DNA from: Candidatus Latescibacterota bacterium
Lineage (GTDB): Bacteria > Latescibacterota > UBA2968
Assembly (NCBI GenBank): GCA_965207885.1
Contig: OZ242311.1
Location: forward strand, 2,400,001 to 2,464,000
DNA: 64,000 nt
Reading direction: 5' to 3'
The notes under the pieces are model-generated. The model made no database searches. It was given only the letters and a program-made list of their open reading frames with translations, and was not told the origin of the DNA. Within the stretch, counting starts at the first letter, position 1, and each line of letters opens with the position of its first letter. The position numbers and the translations under genes are program-made. Below are positions 1-8,876 of the stretch, piece by piece.

Positions 1-226
1 CCGCTGCATGGACCATGGCCTCCACCGCTGTGCGATCCGACACATCGGCCCGGATCGCCATAGCCTGTCCTCCATCCCGCTCAATCTCGATCACAGCACT
101 TTCGGCCGCCTGAGCATGGGCGGCGTAGTTGACCACCACCGCCGCACCCTGGCGCGCCAGTTCTCGGGAGATCGCCCGGCCGATTCCTCGTCCCCCGCCG
201 GTCACCACGGCAACGCGATTTTCCAT
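1..226 (-). CDS. SDR family NAD(P)-dependent oxidoreductase (FabG-like), 5' part only; runs off the window edge
   Basis: Not in the ORF track. Manual translation from ATG at 226 gives MENRVAVVTGGGRGIGRAISRELARQGAAVVVNY...ADVSD, with the SDR TGxxxGIG motif. Confidence 0.9.
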   Translation of the reverse strand, partial: MENRVAVVTGGGRGIGRAISRELARQGAAVVVNYAAHAQAAESAVIEIERDGGQAMAIRADVSDRTAVEAMVHAA

Positions 227-301
227 ACCTCGAAGAGGGGATGGTTTTGTATCGTTCTCCATAATTCCGGCCTCCAGGACAATTTATGAAAAATCGTCAC
301 C

Positions 302-1498
302 TCAAAGTTCCGCACTCGACGCTTCCCCATAGGGCAGTGGATAGAGCGGTTTCATCTCATCGTGTCGATCCGCAATCTGTGGGATAGAGATCGGTCGATG
401 CGCCGCCTTCGACTCGTTGACCGCGACTGCTCCGGCACATGTGCGCGCCGCTTCATAGACATTGATCTCCGACATACAATCGTTCTCGATCGAGTGGATC
501 AAGTCCATCCAACTGAAGAACTCCACACCGCCATGCCCTACCTTCCTGACCATATCCTGGGTGATCCACTCCGGTAGTGGAACCGGCGGCACCTCAATCG
601 GACGCATCTCGTAAGGCCCGGTATAAGGCTTGGGTCCGGCGCCGTCCTCCACCAGACATCCGTAAAGCCCCGTACTGTCCGGGGGCGCAGGCAGATACCC
701 CGTAGATTCGATCGTGCCCTTCGTACCCCACACCGATTTTGTAATTTCCTTGTAGGGACGCCTCGCTGCCTTTGAACACTGGACCCGTGCAATCGCCCCG
801 GAGGCCGTCCGAAACAGAGCCACATCGTGGTCGTCCACGTTCCGGCTGGGCAGATTCTTGCGATTGCCGTAGGCAAAAACCTCCGTGAAGTCCTCTCCCA
901 GAAACCACCGGGCCGTGTCCACAGCATAGATGCCGGCTCCGGCAGACACAGATTCCTGTGCCTTCACCCCGTAGCCCATCCGGAAACCCTCTTTTTTCAT
1001 GAGTCCGCCTCCGCCCTGCTGCCGAATATCCTGTAAATATTCGCAGATCACGTAATAGATTTCCCCCACCTGGCCATCGTCGATCAACTGCTTCATCTTC
1101 ACTGACTCCGGGATCCACCGGTCCGGGCAGTCCATCTGGACCTTCAGATGCTGGCGTTCGGCCATCGTGATAATTTTCCAGAGCCGTTCCATGGACTCGT
1201 TTTCCATCGGCGTCTCAACCATCACATGCTTGCCGGCATCCAGCGCTGCCAGCACCATCTGCCCGTGGATATGACAGGGCGAACAGATACACAGAATGTC
1301 CAGGTCCGTGTCCGAAAGCAAGTCCGCGTAATGCGTGGTTGTCTTGCCTATGTCCAGTTCTTTAGCCGTGTTCTGCAGCCGCTCCTCGTTCACATCACAG
1401 ATCACAGCGCACTCGGTCTGCTCAAGGTATTCGTGGGTTAGACGAACATGGCTTCTTCCGTGACCGAGCCCGACCACACCGACCTTGTAAGTCTTCAT
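302..1498 (-). CDS. Gfo/Idh/MocA family oxidoreductase
   Basis: KVGVVGLGHG Rossmann start and AGKHVMVETPM (variant of the EKP motif). Start trimmed to MKTYK. Confidence 0.88.
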   Translation of the reverse strand: MKTYKVGVVGLGHGRSHVRLTHEYLEQTECAVICDVNEERLQNTAKELDIGKTTTHYADLLSDTDLDILCICSPCHIHGQMVLAALDAGKHVMVETPMENESMERLWKIITMAERQHLKVQMDCPDRWIPESVKMKQLIDDGQVGEIYYVICEYLQDIRQQGGGGLMKKEGFRMGYGVKAQESVSAGAGIYAVDTARWFLGEDFTEVFAYGNRKNLPSRNVDDHDVALFRTASGAIARVQCSKAARRPYKEITKSVWGTKGTIESTGYLPAPPDSTGLYGCLVEDGAGPKPYTGPYEMRPIEVPPVPLPEWITQDMVRKVGHGGVEFFSWMDLIHSIENDCMSEINVYEAARTCAGAVAVNESKAAHRPISIPQIADRHDEMKPLYPLPYGEASSAEL

Positions 1499-1632
1499 TT
1501 CCAGCACCCCCACCTTTAAATGAATTCCTCAAAAAAAACTGGCGTCCCTTGGATATCCGTTTAATTCAAGAATACGATCAAGGACCACCAGAAAGAAATG
1601 AGGACAGAAATACGAGAATAGTCCGCAAAATC

Positions 1633-1670
1633 AACGCCGGGGATTTGGATCTCTCCATGCCCCCGGCGTT
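1633..1670 (-). terminator. Stem-loop, probable terminator after the PorV-like gene
   Basis: AACGCCGGGG...CCCCGGCGTT perfect 10-bp inverted repeat about 20 nt past the stop codon. Confidence 0.6.
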
Positions 1671-1691
1671 AGGCATACCATTATAGACGCC

Positions 1692-2630
1692 TCAGAACGT
1701 CCCATTCACCGTGAATCTCAAAGGTGCGTTGAAGAATTTGCTATGGGTGTAAGCGATATCTACACTGAGCGATGCGGCACCGAAAGCCCGCTTGAGCCCG
1801 GCACCGACGCTGAAATCCTCGGCGTCGTAATTCCACTTGTATCCCCCCCTCAGTGCCAGTGTATTGGCCAACCAAAGTTCAGCACCCATGTGAACGCGTC
1901 CTTCGTAATCAATCGCAAACACGTTCTCTGCTGAAAGTGTCAGGTAAGTGGGATCTCCCACCTTCCCGATCACCTCCATGGCCCCGGCGATTGTGTAAAC
2001 CACCGGCATAAAAGAGCTCTCTGCGATAACGGTGTTGTCCTGCCCGAAGTTCTTCAGGGTCATCGCCAACCGGAAAGACTGGAAACCAGTGTAGAAAAGC
2101 GTACCGACGCTGGCATCAAAAGTCGTATTCGAATCTTCGAACAGAGACTCTTGAAGGTACCTGAAGTTTGCACCGAAAGAGAGCCTATCGGTGAACTGGT
2201 AGGCATAGGCAACACCGAACGCGATGTCGTCCCCCTCTACCATCTTGCCGGTGCCCATGGGTTCGAAAATAGTCGTCTCCTCAAATGGCTTCGTCCGGAA
2301 CGACACCATGCTGACCCCGAAGACCGAAGCACCTAAACGATAAGCCACGGCACCCGAGTAGAGTTTTGAATCGGCAAACCAGCGATTGTAAGAAAAGGTA
2401 TATGCAGCCCTCTCGATGTGGGTCAGACCAGCCGGATTCCAGAAGATGCTATTGATATCGTTAGAAATGGCCATATACGCAGATCCCATCGCCGCAGGGC
2501 GAGCCGATTGGCCAATCTTCACAAAGTTGAACCCGGTCGTACCCAGTTTCTTGAAGATGGCCTCTGCATCCACGGCCAGAAACGGCCCCATTAGTGCGGC
2601 CAAAGTGGCTATCAACAGACTGCGTCTCAT
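1692..2630 (-). CDS. PorV/PorQ family (UPF0164) outer-membrane beta-barrel protein
   Basis: Signal peptide, FVKIGQSARPAAMGSAY..NDINSIFWNPAGL PorV/FadL-type signature, C-terminal Phe. SD AAGGAGG before ATG 2630. Confidence 0.85.
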   Translation of the reverse strand: MRRSLLIATLAALMGPFLAVDAEAIFKKLGTTGFNFVKIGQSARPAAMGSAYMAISNDINSIFWNPAGLTHIERAAYTFSYNRWFADSKLYSGAVAYRLGASVFGVSMVSFRTKPFEETTIFEPMGTGKMVEGDDIAFGVAYAYQFTDRLSFGANFRYLQESLFEDSNTTFDASVGTLFYTGFQSFRLAMTLKNFGQDNTVIAESSFMPVVYTIAGAMEVIGKVGDPTYLTLSAENVFAIDYEGRVHMGAELWLANTLALRGGYKWNYDAEDFSVGAGLKRAFGAASLSVDIAYTHSKFFNAPLRFTVNGTF

Positions 2631-2658
2631 TTTTATGCCTCCTTTCATGGTCGCACGG

Positions 2659-4875
2659 TTATTTGACAATCATAAAAGTCCCTGTCTTCTTCTCGCCTTC
2701 GCTCCCCGGCATCAGCGACTCCACCACGAAGAAATACTTCCCCGTCGAGACCTTCGACGCGAAATTCAGTACCACCTGATTCCAACTCGTCTCTCCCCGA
2801 ATCGGGGACCTCGTCCGCACCGGGTTATCGACTACCGCGACCAGATCTCCAGAGACGGTAAAGATCGAGATCTTGCACCTTCTGGGCACATTCACAAACC
2901 GGATCTCTTCGCTACCGCCCGGGTAGCGGTGGATGTCGTCGAGTCTGAACGGGTTGGGTACCACAATCACCGGATCCTCGAAACGGTCTTTCTTATCGGA
3001 AGCCACCACAAATGGTATGCTTTGCAGGTGCGTCCTCGTCTCGGGCGCGCCGTGTCCGCTCTCCAGGGAAGGAATCGCCATCCCTGTACCGTTCCAGTCG
3101 GTGTGCCCAGTGTCGTAGCTTCGGACGGAGTACCAATAACTGAACCCCGCGAGCGAGGAGGCATCCTTGTAGCTGTGTGTGCCAGTCGAGAGGTCCACCA
3201 GAAGCTCCCAGGGGCCCATAGACGTGAGTTCCGACCGGTAGATCCGGTAGCCAGCTACATCCCGCGCCTCGGCGGTCCCCATATAGTCGGGGTCTTCGGC
3301 GGCCTCTGCGTCGGCAGACCAGGACAGCAGGTTGTTCCCGTCCTCGTCGCTTTCCACCGTGAATCTGATGTCGGGTGGCGCGTCAGGGATATCGTAGTTG
3401 TTGGCGTAGGCAAACCGGGCCCGATCCAGGTGCTGAGCCAGTGCCCGTTCGCCGTCGGACACCTGAGCCTGGGCACCCGGCTGCCTGCTCCACCCAAAAA
3501 TGTCCACCGTTTCTCCTGAGCTTGCAAATTCGGCTCCGGTGCCGGCCACCCAGGCCACCACGACCTTAGCTTTGTCGCCGGGTCCCAGATCGTAGGGACC
3601 ATAGGTCTGGGCAAAGCCCATGTTCATAAGCTCTGTGGGATTGTCCTGGGGGTGATTTGGCGAGATGGGGCGCGTCCCCTGCCCGGTCATCTCCAGGTAG
3701 ATCTCTTCGTCGGACATAGGATGCTCCGGCGTATCGATGTCGTCCAGGCTGCGGATTTGCCACCAGAAGGGGAAGGCTGGCTGGTCGGGATTCTTCGGTG
3801 CTACATAGACCTCGTCGTCCTGGGCGAATCCGTCGGTCGGATCGGCGTCTAACAGAGCCAGCCCGATATACTGAAATGCCCGGAGCTGCCCTTCTTTGAG
3901 AAGGCCGGAGTTTCGGACATTGCCCGGGGCCTCGGCCAGCCGGGCGGGCTCTCCCGTGTCATCGGCCTGGTCAAAGGGATAGTCGCCGTCATAGACGTAC
4001 TGGATCTTTTTTCCCCTCAGATCCGCGTGGCCATCGAAATTGGGCGCTTCGCTGTACTTGAACCAGTCGTCCTGCACGCGGGTGCTCACATCCTCCCAGC
4101 CACTGGTCCAGCCCTCCCACATGTGCCCTGCCCGGGAGACTCTGGGCAGATTGAAAAATGAAAGGTAGGTATCGTTCAACTGCTTTGTTCCGGTATTCTC
4201 CAGAATGACCTCTTGAATGATGAAGTCGTCGTAGTCCGGGTAGCCCCACGCCTTGGCCTTTCGAGTCACGACAATCCCGGTTTCGGTGCCCCACTGCGTA
4301 ATCAAGATTTCCTCGGGCTGGGTGTCGTTGGGAATGTACCGATTGTAGTCGAAGTTGTGGATCTCCGTCACATCGTTGACCACCGGCGGTGCTCCCGGCC
4401 AGTAGTTGGCCGTCACTGATCCAGTCGCCGGGGAGACCGTCCGCACTCCCAGGTCTTTCTCCGGACCGGCGGAGGCATCGTAGGTCATCGGCACGATATC
4501 CTCTGTGACGATCCGGGGGTTGGACATCGACACATTGTAGAAGCCGTTCTCGTCCTTTGTCAGCACATAGATGCCCTCTCCCTGGCTGGTGTGAGTCGAA
4601 CGGTCCGCAAAGTCGATGCTCTCCTTAACTCCCCAGTAGTCTTCAAAGTCTCCCTCCAAAATGGGAGCGCCGGGGTACATCAGGCCCGCGTCCCACAGCC
4701 TCGTCCAACTCCTGGTCATGCCCTCGGTCTTACCCTGGATGCCGTTGCTGCGATAGCCCGACCAGAGCAGCCCCCGGGTCAGGTTCCGCATCGGCGCAGC
4801 CTGGGCCCAAAGGCTACACGGCAGGAACAACAGCGACAGCACCACAGGCCAGAGGCCTATTCTCACTATTCGCAT
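2659..4875 (-). CDS. Secreted protein with an FnIII-like module and a T9SS type-A/FlgD-like C-terminal domain
   Basis: Signal peptide; LSWS..VAGYRIYRS..YWYSVRSYD FnIII pattern; C-terminal VVPNPF..IRFVNVP..ISIFTVSGDLV..W..STGKYFFVV..GTFMIVK. Confidence 0.75.
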   Translation of the reverse strand: MRIVRIGLWPVVLSLLFLPCSLWAQAAPMRNLTRGLLWSGYRSNGIQGKTEGMTRSWTRLWDAGLMYPGAPILEGDFEDYWGVKESIDFADRSTHTSQGEGIYVLTKDENGFYNVSMSNPRIVTEDIVPMTYDASAGPEKDLGVRTVSPATGSVTANYWPGAPPVVNDVTEIHNFDYNRYIPNDTQPEEILITQWGTETGIVVTRKAKAWGYPDYDDFIIQEVILENTGTKQLNDTYLSFFNLPRVSRAGHMWEGWTSGWEDVSTRVQDDWFKYSEAPNFDGHADLRGKKIQYVYDGDYPFDQADDTGEPARLAEAPGNVRNSGLLKEGQLRAFQYIGLALLDADPTDGFAQDDEVYVAPKNPDQPAFPFWWQIRSLDDIDTPEHPMSDEEIYLEMTGQGTRPISPNHPQDNPTELMNMGFAQTYGPYDLGPGDKAKVVVAWVAGTGAEFASSGETVDIFGWSRQPGAQAQVSDGERALAQHLDRARFAYANNYDIPDAPPDIRFTVESDEDGNNLLSWSADAEAAEDPDYMGTAEARDVAGYRIYRSELTSMGPWELLVDLSTGTHSYKDASSLAGFSYWYSVRSYDTGHTDWNGTGMAIPSLESGHGAPETRTHLQSIPFVVASDKKDRFEDPVIVVPNPFRLDDIHRYPGGSEEIRFVNVPRRCKISIFTVSGDLVAVVDNPVRTRSPIRGETSWNQVVLNFASKVSTGKYFFVVESLMPGSEGEKKTGTFMIVK

Positions 4876-4906
4876 CTTGAAACCTCCTTGTGATAATAAG
4901 GAGCGC

Positions 4907-4940
4907 CTGGGATTGAGCCACAGCCTGTGTTCAATCCCAG
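4907..4940. other. Intercistronic stem-loop without a U-tract
   Basis: CTGGGATTGA-gcCACAG / CTGTGt-TCAATCCCAG inverted repeat between the receptor and CTD genes. Confidence 0.55.
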
Positions 4941-4969
4941 ACCCTGAGATATAAAACAGAGTTGACCTG

Positions 4970-7900
4970 TCAGAAGGATACCATCACCCCCAGTTCGATC
5001 TCCCTTGGAAACCCGGCATATCGACTCAGTTCTCCGGTATCGCCGAACTGTTTGTACTTGCCGCTGTCGGGTCTTGGCCGATCCAGACCGTTTTTCCACC
5101 AGTCCACATCCGGCCTGGGCTGTAGATCGCGCTGGTTAAACAGGTTCCTGACGTTGAAATAGAGTGTAGGGCGCACCTGGTTGCGAAGCTGGAATCGCTT
5201 CACAAAGGCCAGGTCGGTCCGGGTATGCATAGGTCCGAACCACCACTTCGGTGGTTCGCCAGGTAGTGCGAACCGCCTGGCCCTCCCCTCCTGCATCCGA
5301 TAGACCATCGTGACGCTGATGTCGCCCCACACCGGTCCATAGTCCGTCGGCGAGTGATACACAAACACCACCGATCCGAAACCCGGTCGTTCGGTCCCAA
5401 AGGTCCCCTGCGCTGTGTTCCGTCCCCGGGGGTTTACGTTAAACTGTTTGTAGGACCACATGCCTGGCCAATCCTCCATTTCTTTAATCTCGGATTCCTT
5501 CGTTGGGTCGTAGTCCGCCGCGGTGCCATTCTGGATGGCCCGGAGCCGTTCGTTGGCCCGATGGCCGAATTCCTGGATCTCATCGGCGGTCAGCAGCACC
5601 GGTACTTCCGCTCCGGAATCGCTGCTGTTCACCTGCCCGTCGCCGTTGGTGTCCCGGGAGTGCGTCACATAGTAGTTGGATCCGGTGGCGACCCAGTTCG
5701 AGTCGGGCACAAAGTAGGTCCGCCACCACCCGGACTGGCGTGCGGCCGACACCCACTGCTTATTGTACGAAACCAGGAATGAGAACCCGTGGCTGAGATT
5801 CTTCCTCAGCGAGAGTTCGATGCCCCGGACATCCTCATAGGAGTTATTCCTCCAGTCAGCCCCACCGCGCTGGGGAGCCTGCTTCTGCGGGTCCCACCAG
5901 TAGCTATTGCCGTAGAAGAACTGATCCGTCCCACTCTTGTAGAAGACCGTCAGAGAACTGATGTAGTCCCCGACAAAGTTCCAGTCGGTCCCGACCTCGA
6001 AGCTGGTGGTCGTTTCATACTTAATGTGGTTCCAGAATCCGGACCAGTCCCGCGAGTCCGATTGGTTTCCGACCTCTGTCGGGTCGATCTGTCCGTTGTT
6101 GTTGAAATCCGCTGCCCGGGCTCGACTGACCCATCCATACTGAGCGATGTACCATGTGGAGGGCAACTGGCGGAACACGCCAAAGGAGTAGCGGATCGTA
6201 GCTCTGTCGGTGATCGGGTGTGAGACCCCAACCCGGGGGCTCCAGGCCTGCAAGGCCTTGGCATCCACCAGGGGGATGAGCTGTTGGCGCGTCCACGATT
6301 TGGTCATCGGCGCCATCGACCAGAGTCCGTGTTCGCCCTGAGGCACCTGGGTGCCCCAATCCAGTCGGTCATAGCGAGCGCCCACGTTCAGGACCAGCCC
6401 GTGAAACTCCATCTTGTCCTGGATGTACCAGGACGACTGGATAGGTTCCCACGGCGTATCCCTGGTATATGGCTTCCCGGCTACGCGCAGGGCAAAACTC
6501 GTCATACTTCGCCAGCGTTCCCATACGGTCAGCACCTTGTCGAACGCGACCTCGAACCCACTCTTGACGAAGTGACCCTTTGTGATCTGGCTGGAGAAAT
6601 CGAGCTTGAAGTTGACCCGTTCTCGCTTCGTAAGCTGATACTCGGTTCTCGTCGAGGGAGCGGCCGTGAAGTAGCCGTCCGCGTCCCGGCGAATGTCCTC
6701 GGTAAGGCCTTCTCCGTATTGATCTACCGGTACGTTGGTGGTGTCCTGGTTATCTCGGAAAAAGGAAAGCTTCGCCTCGTAAAATGTCTTGGGCGTCAGG
6801 ATGTGGGTCAGCGATACATAGACCAGGTCGTTTTTATACTTGACCTGCCCGGCCCCACTCCCCTCAGGGAGAAAGATGTCGCGGCCCAACTGCCTTCTGG
6901 CGCCTGAGCCTCCCCAGTAGCTTCCTGAACGACCGTAGATGCCCCCCACGCCCACCTTGAACTTTGAACGAGCGATCCCGGTCAGTTTGTAGGAGGTCTC
7001 GATGTTGCCAGGAGAGGCGACCCAACCCGATTTTCGATCCGGGTAGAGGTAGAAGCCGCGCTGTTTGCCCTCTGGAAATATCGCCGCCAACCCCCGATAT
7101 CTGGCCGAGGTAAAAAAGGAGGCATTTTCGACCACCGGTCCAGACAGAGTCCCCTCTATGCGGTGGCCGATCACGCCGGTGTAGTCGATCCGCTCGTGCA
7201 CCCTCCGTCCGGTCACCGGGTCGGTTTCGCCCGTCCAGTTCGAATCGTTCCACTTCATCTTATCTTCATAATAGGGACTGTCATAGACGTTGCTGCCCCA
7301 GTGCTTTTTCCCGGCTGGATTCAACAGGTAATCCAGGTTGCCGTGGAAGTCCCTGCTCCCCTCCTTTGTCACAATGTTGACAACACCCGCCTGGGCGTTG
7401 CCGTACTCGGCCTCCATCCCGCCTGTAACCACGGCGAGTTCCTGAACAGCACTGGAGTTGACGCTCTGAAAATTTCGGCTGGCGTGCGACCGCCGCTCCA
7501 CATTGACTGCAGACATGGGTACTCCATCGACGTAGTAAACCACGTCACTGCTCCCGGAGCCAGATGACGACGTGTCTCCACCCCGGATTGAAGTGTCTCC
7601 GTCCAGACCGACCCCGGCCAGGAGCTCAAGTACCTGTTCGGTGTCCTTGACGATGGGAGCGACCTCCTCGACGTTGGAGTTGTCCAGGATGTATTTGGTG
7701 GTTGTCCTGTCCGGCTCCACTGGGGGCCGCTCAGCAACGACCACGATTGCAGCCATATCCAGGGTGGTCTCCTTCAGGGCAAAATCTACAGTCGTCGTAA
7801 AATCAGCGATGGCCTGGACGTCCGTCTTAGAAATCTGGTCGTAGCCGATCATGGACGCTGTCAGCGTGTAGGTCCCCGGATTCACCAGCAAGATCAAGTA

Positions 7901-8101
7901 GTCCCCATCTGGCCCCGTGGTGGTGCCCTGTGAGGTGCCCTCGATGATCACATTTGCCCCGGGCAACGCCTGGCCGTTGCTGTCAACGATCTGACCTTTA
8001 ATCTTTCCTGTGGTTCCGGCAACCACCTGCTCGGAGGTCGCCGAGAACAGCAGCAGAAAGGCGAGCAACCCTACAATCCAGAAAACACGATCACTCTTCA
8101 T
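4970..8101 (-). CDS. TonB-dependent receptor with N-terminal carboxypeptidase-regulatory-like domain
   Basis: GTTGKIKGQIVD..LPGANVIIEGT; plug motifs SIRGG, YYVDGVP, TGGMEAEYGNAQAGVVNIVTKEG; ends NLFN..PREIELGVMVSF. Confidence 0.92.
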   Translation of the reverse strand: MKSDRVFWIVGLLAFLLLFSATSEQVVAGTTGKIKGQIVDSNGQALPGANVIIEGTSQGTTTGPDGDYLILLVNPGTYTLTASMIGYDQISKTDVQAIADFTTTVDFALKETTLDMAAIVVVAERPPVEPDRTTTKYILDNSNVEEVAPIVKDTEQVLELLAGVGLDGDTSIRGGDTSSSGSGSSDVVYYVDGVPMSAVNVERRSHASRNFQSVNSSAVQELAVVTGGMEAEYGNAQAGVVNIVTKEGSRDFHGNLDYLLNPAGKKHWGSNVYDSPYYEDKMKWNDSNWTGETDPVTGRRVHERIDYTGVIGHRIEGTLSGPVVENASFFTSARYRGLAAIFPEGKQRGFYLYPDRKSGWVASPGNIETSYKLTGIARSKFKVGVGGIYGRSGSYWGGSGARRQLGRDIFLPEGSGAGQVKYKNDLVYVSLTHILTPKTFYEAKLSFFRDNQDTTNVPVDQYGEGLTEDIRRDADGYFTAAPSTRTEYQLTKRERVNFKLDFSSQITKGHFVKSGFEVAFDKVLTVWERWRSMTSFALRVAGKPYTRDTPWEPIQSSWYIQDKMEFHGLVLNVGARYDRLDWGTQVPQGEHGLWSMAPMTKSWTRQQLIPLVDAKALQAWSPRVGVSHPITDRATIRYSFGVFRQLPSTWYIAQYGWVSRARAADFNNNGQIDPTEVGNQSDSRDWSGFWNHIKYETTTSFEVGTDWNFVGDYISSLTVFYKSGTDQFFYGNSYWWDPQKQAPQRGGADWRNNSYEDVRGIELSLRKNLSHGFSFLVSYNKQWVSAARQSGWWRTYFVPDSNWVATGSNYYVTHSRDTNGDGQVNSSDSGAEVPVLLTADEIQEFGHRANERLRAIQNGTAADYDPTKESEIKEMEDWPGMWSYKQFNVNPRGRNTAQGTFGTERPGFGSVVFVYHSPTDYGPVWGDISVTMVYRMQEGRARRFALPGEPPKWWFGPMHTRTDLAFVKRFQLRNQVRPTLYFNVRNLFNQRDLQPRPDVDWWKNGLDRPRPDSGKYKQFGDTGELSRYAGFPREIELGVMVSF

Positions 8102-8131
8102 ATTCTTCTCCTTTTATTAACAGGTTGCGGA

Positions 8132-8827
8132 TCACATATAAAACTTCACTCCAGCCCCGATGTCGAACAAGTGAAACGGATGGGTCTTTTTCACACCCCA
8201 GTTCAGGAAGGGTCTGAGTTCCCCAACGATCACATTGTAACTCACACGCAGGTCCAGGGCAGCCTTCGGTCCCAGGAAGATCTGCATCCCAGCCCCTCCG
8301 CTTACACCCAGCGCTGTCCGCGTATCGTCGATCGCCTCCAGGAGCAGGGTCTGATCCAGCGTAGCTCCCCCTTGTTCGGGAAAGATGAGCCCGCTCACCT
8401 TAGAATGGTAGTTGTGGAATCCGGCTCCAACGGTAAGATAGGGAACGCTTCCTTCGCCTTCGAACTTCTTATTCTTCAGGGCAAAAAGCCAGTTGACCGT
8501 CAGGCTGTTAAAGGTCATATCGGACTTGGCCTGTGGACTTGTGTAGTCCCTTCCATCCTTGAACCGAAACGTCCGCTCTTCGAGACTGCCGCCCGCAAAC
8601 TTCGAGTAATAGTACTCTACTTCCACGATCCGTGCCGGACTGGTTACAAAGTGCGCAGCAGCCCCAAGCTTGAATCCCTCGGTGTACATATCCCTGAAGT
8701 TAAACAGCGGCGAATAAAGCTCGGCGAACACGCCGAACCCCCCTCTGTGGCCCTCTTCCTGAGCCACAGCAAAAGCCGTGGGCGACAACACCCACAAAAG
8801 AATCCATAAACCCATGATCTTTCTCAT
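8132..8827 (-). CDS. Small outer-membrane beta-barrel protein (OmpA/OmpW-like strands)
   Basis: Signal peptide, PYLTVGAGF, amphipathic strands, ends IGAGVKFYM. SD GGAGG before ATG 8827. Confidence 0.7.
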   Translation of the reverse strand: MRKIMGLWILLWVLSPTAFAVAQEEGHRGGFGVFAELYSPLFNFRDMYTEGFKLGAAAHFVTSPARIVEVEYYYSKFAGGSLEERTFRFKDGRDYTSPQAKSDMTFNSLTVNWLFALKNKKFEGEGSVPYLTVGAGFHNYHSKVSGLIFPEQGGATLDQTLLLEAIDDTRTALGVSGGAGMQIFLGPKAALDLRVSYNVIVGELRPFLNWGVKKTHPFHLFDIGAGVKFYM

Positions 8828-8876
8828 AAACACCTCCTTGAAGATACGCAGTCATTTTTCGATCAACCCACTCGTC

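Noticed and set aside
8-332. Short + strand ORFs at the window start
   Set aside because: The real gene is the minus-strand SDR fragment at 1-226.
2416-3519. 367-aa + strand ORF
   Set aside because: Antisense shadow of the PorV and CTD genes; no recognisable motifs.
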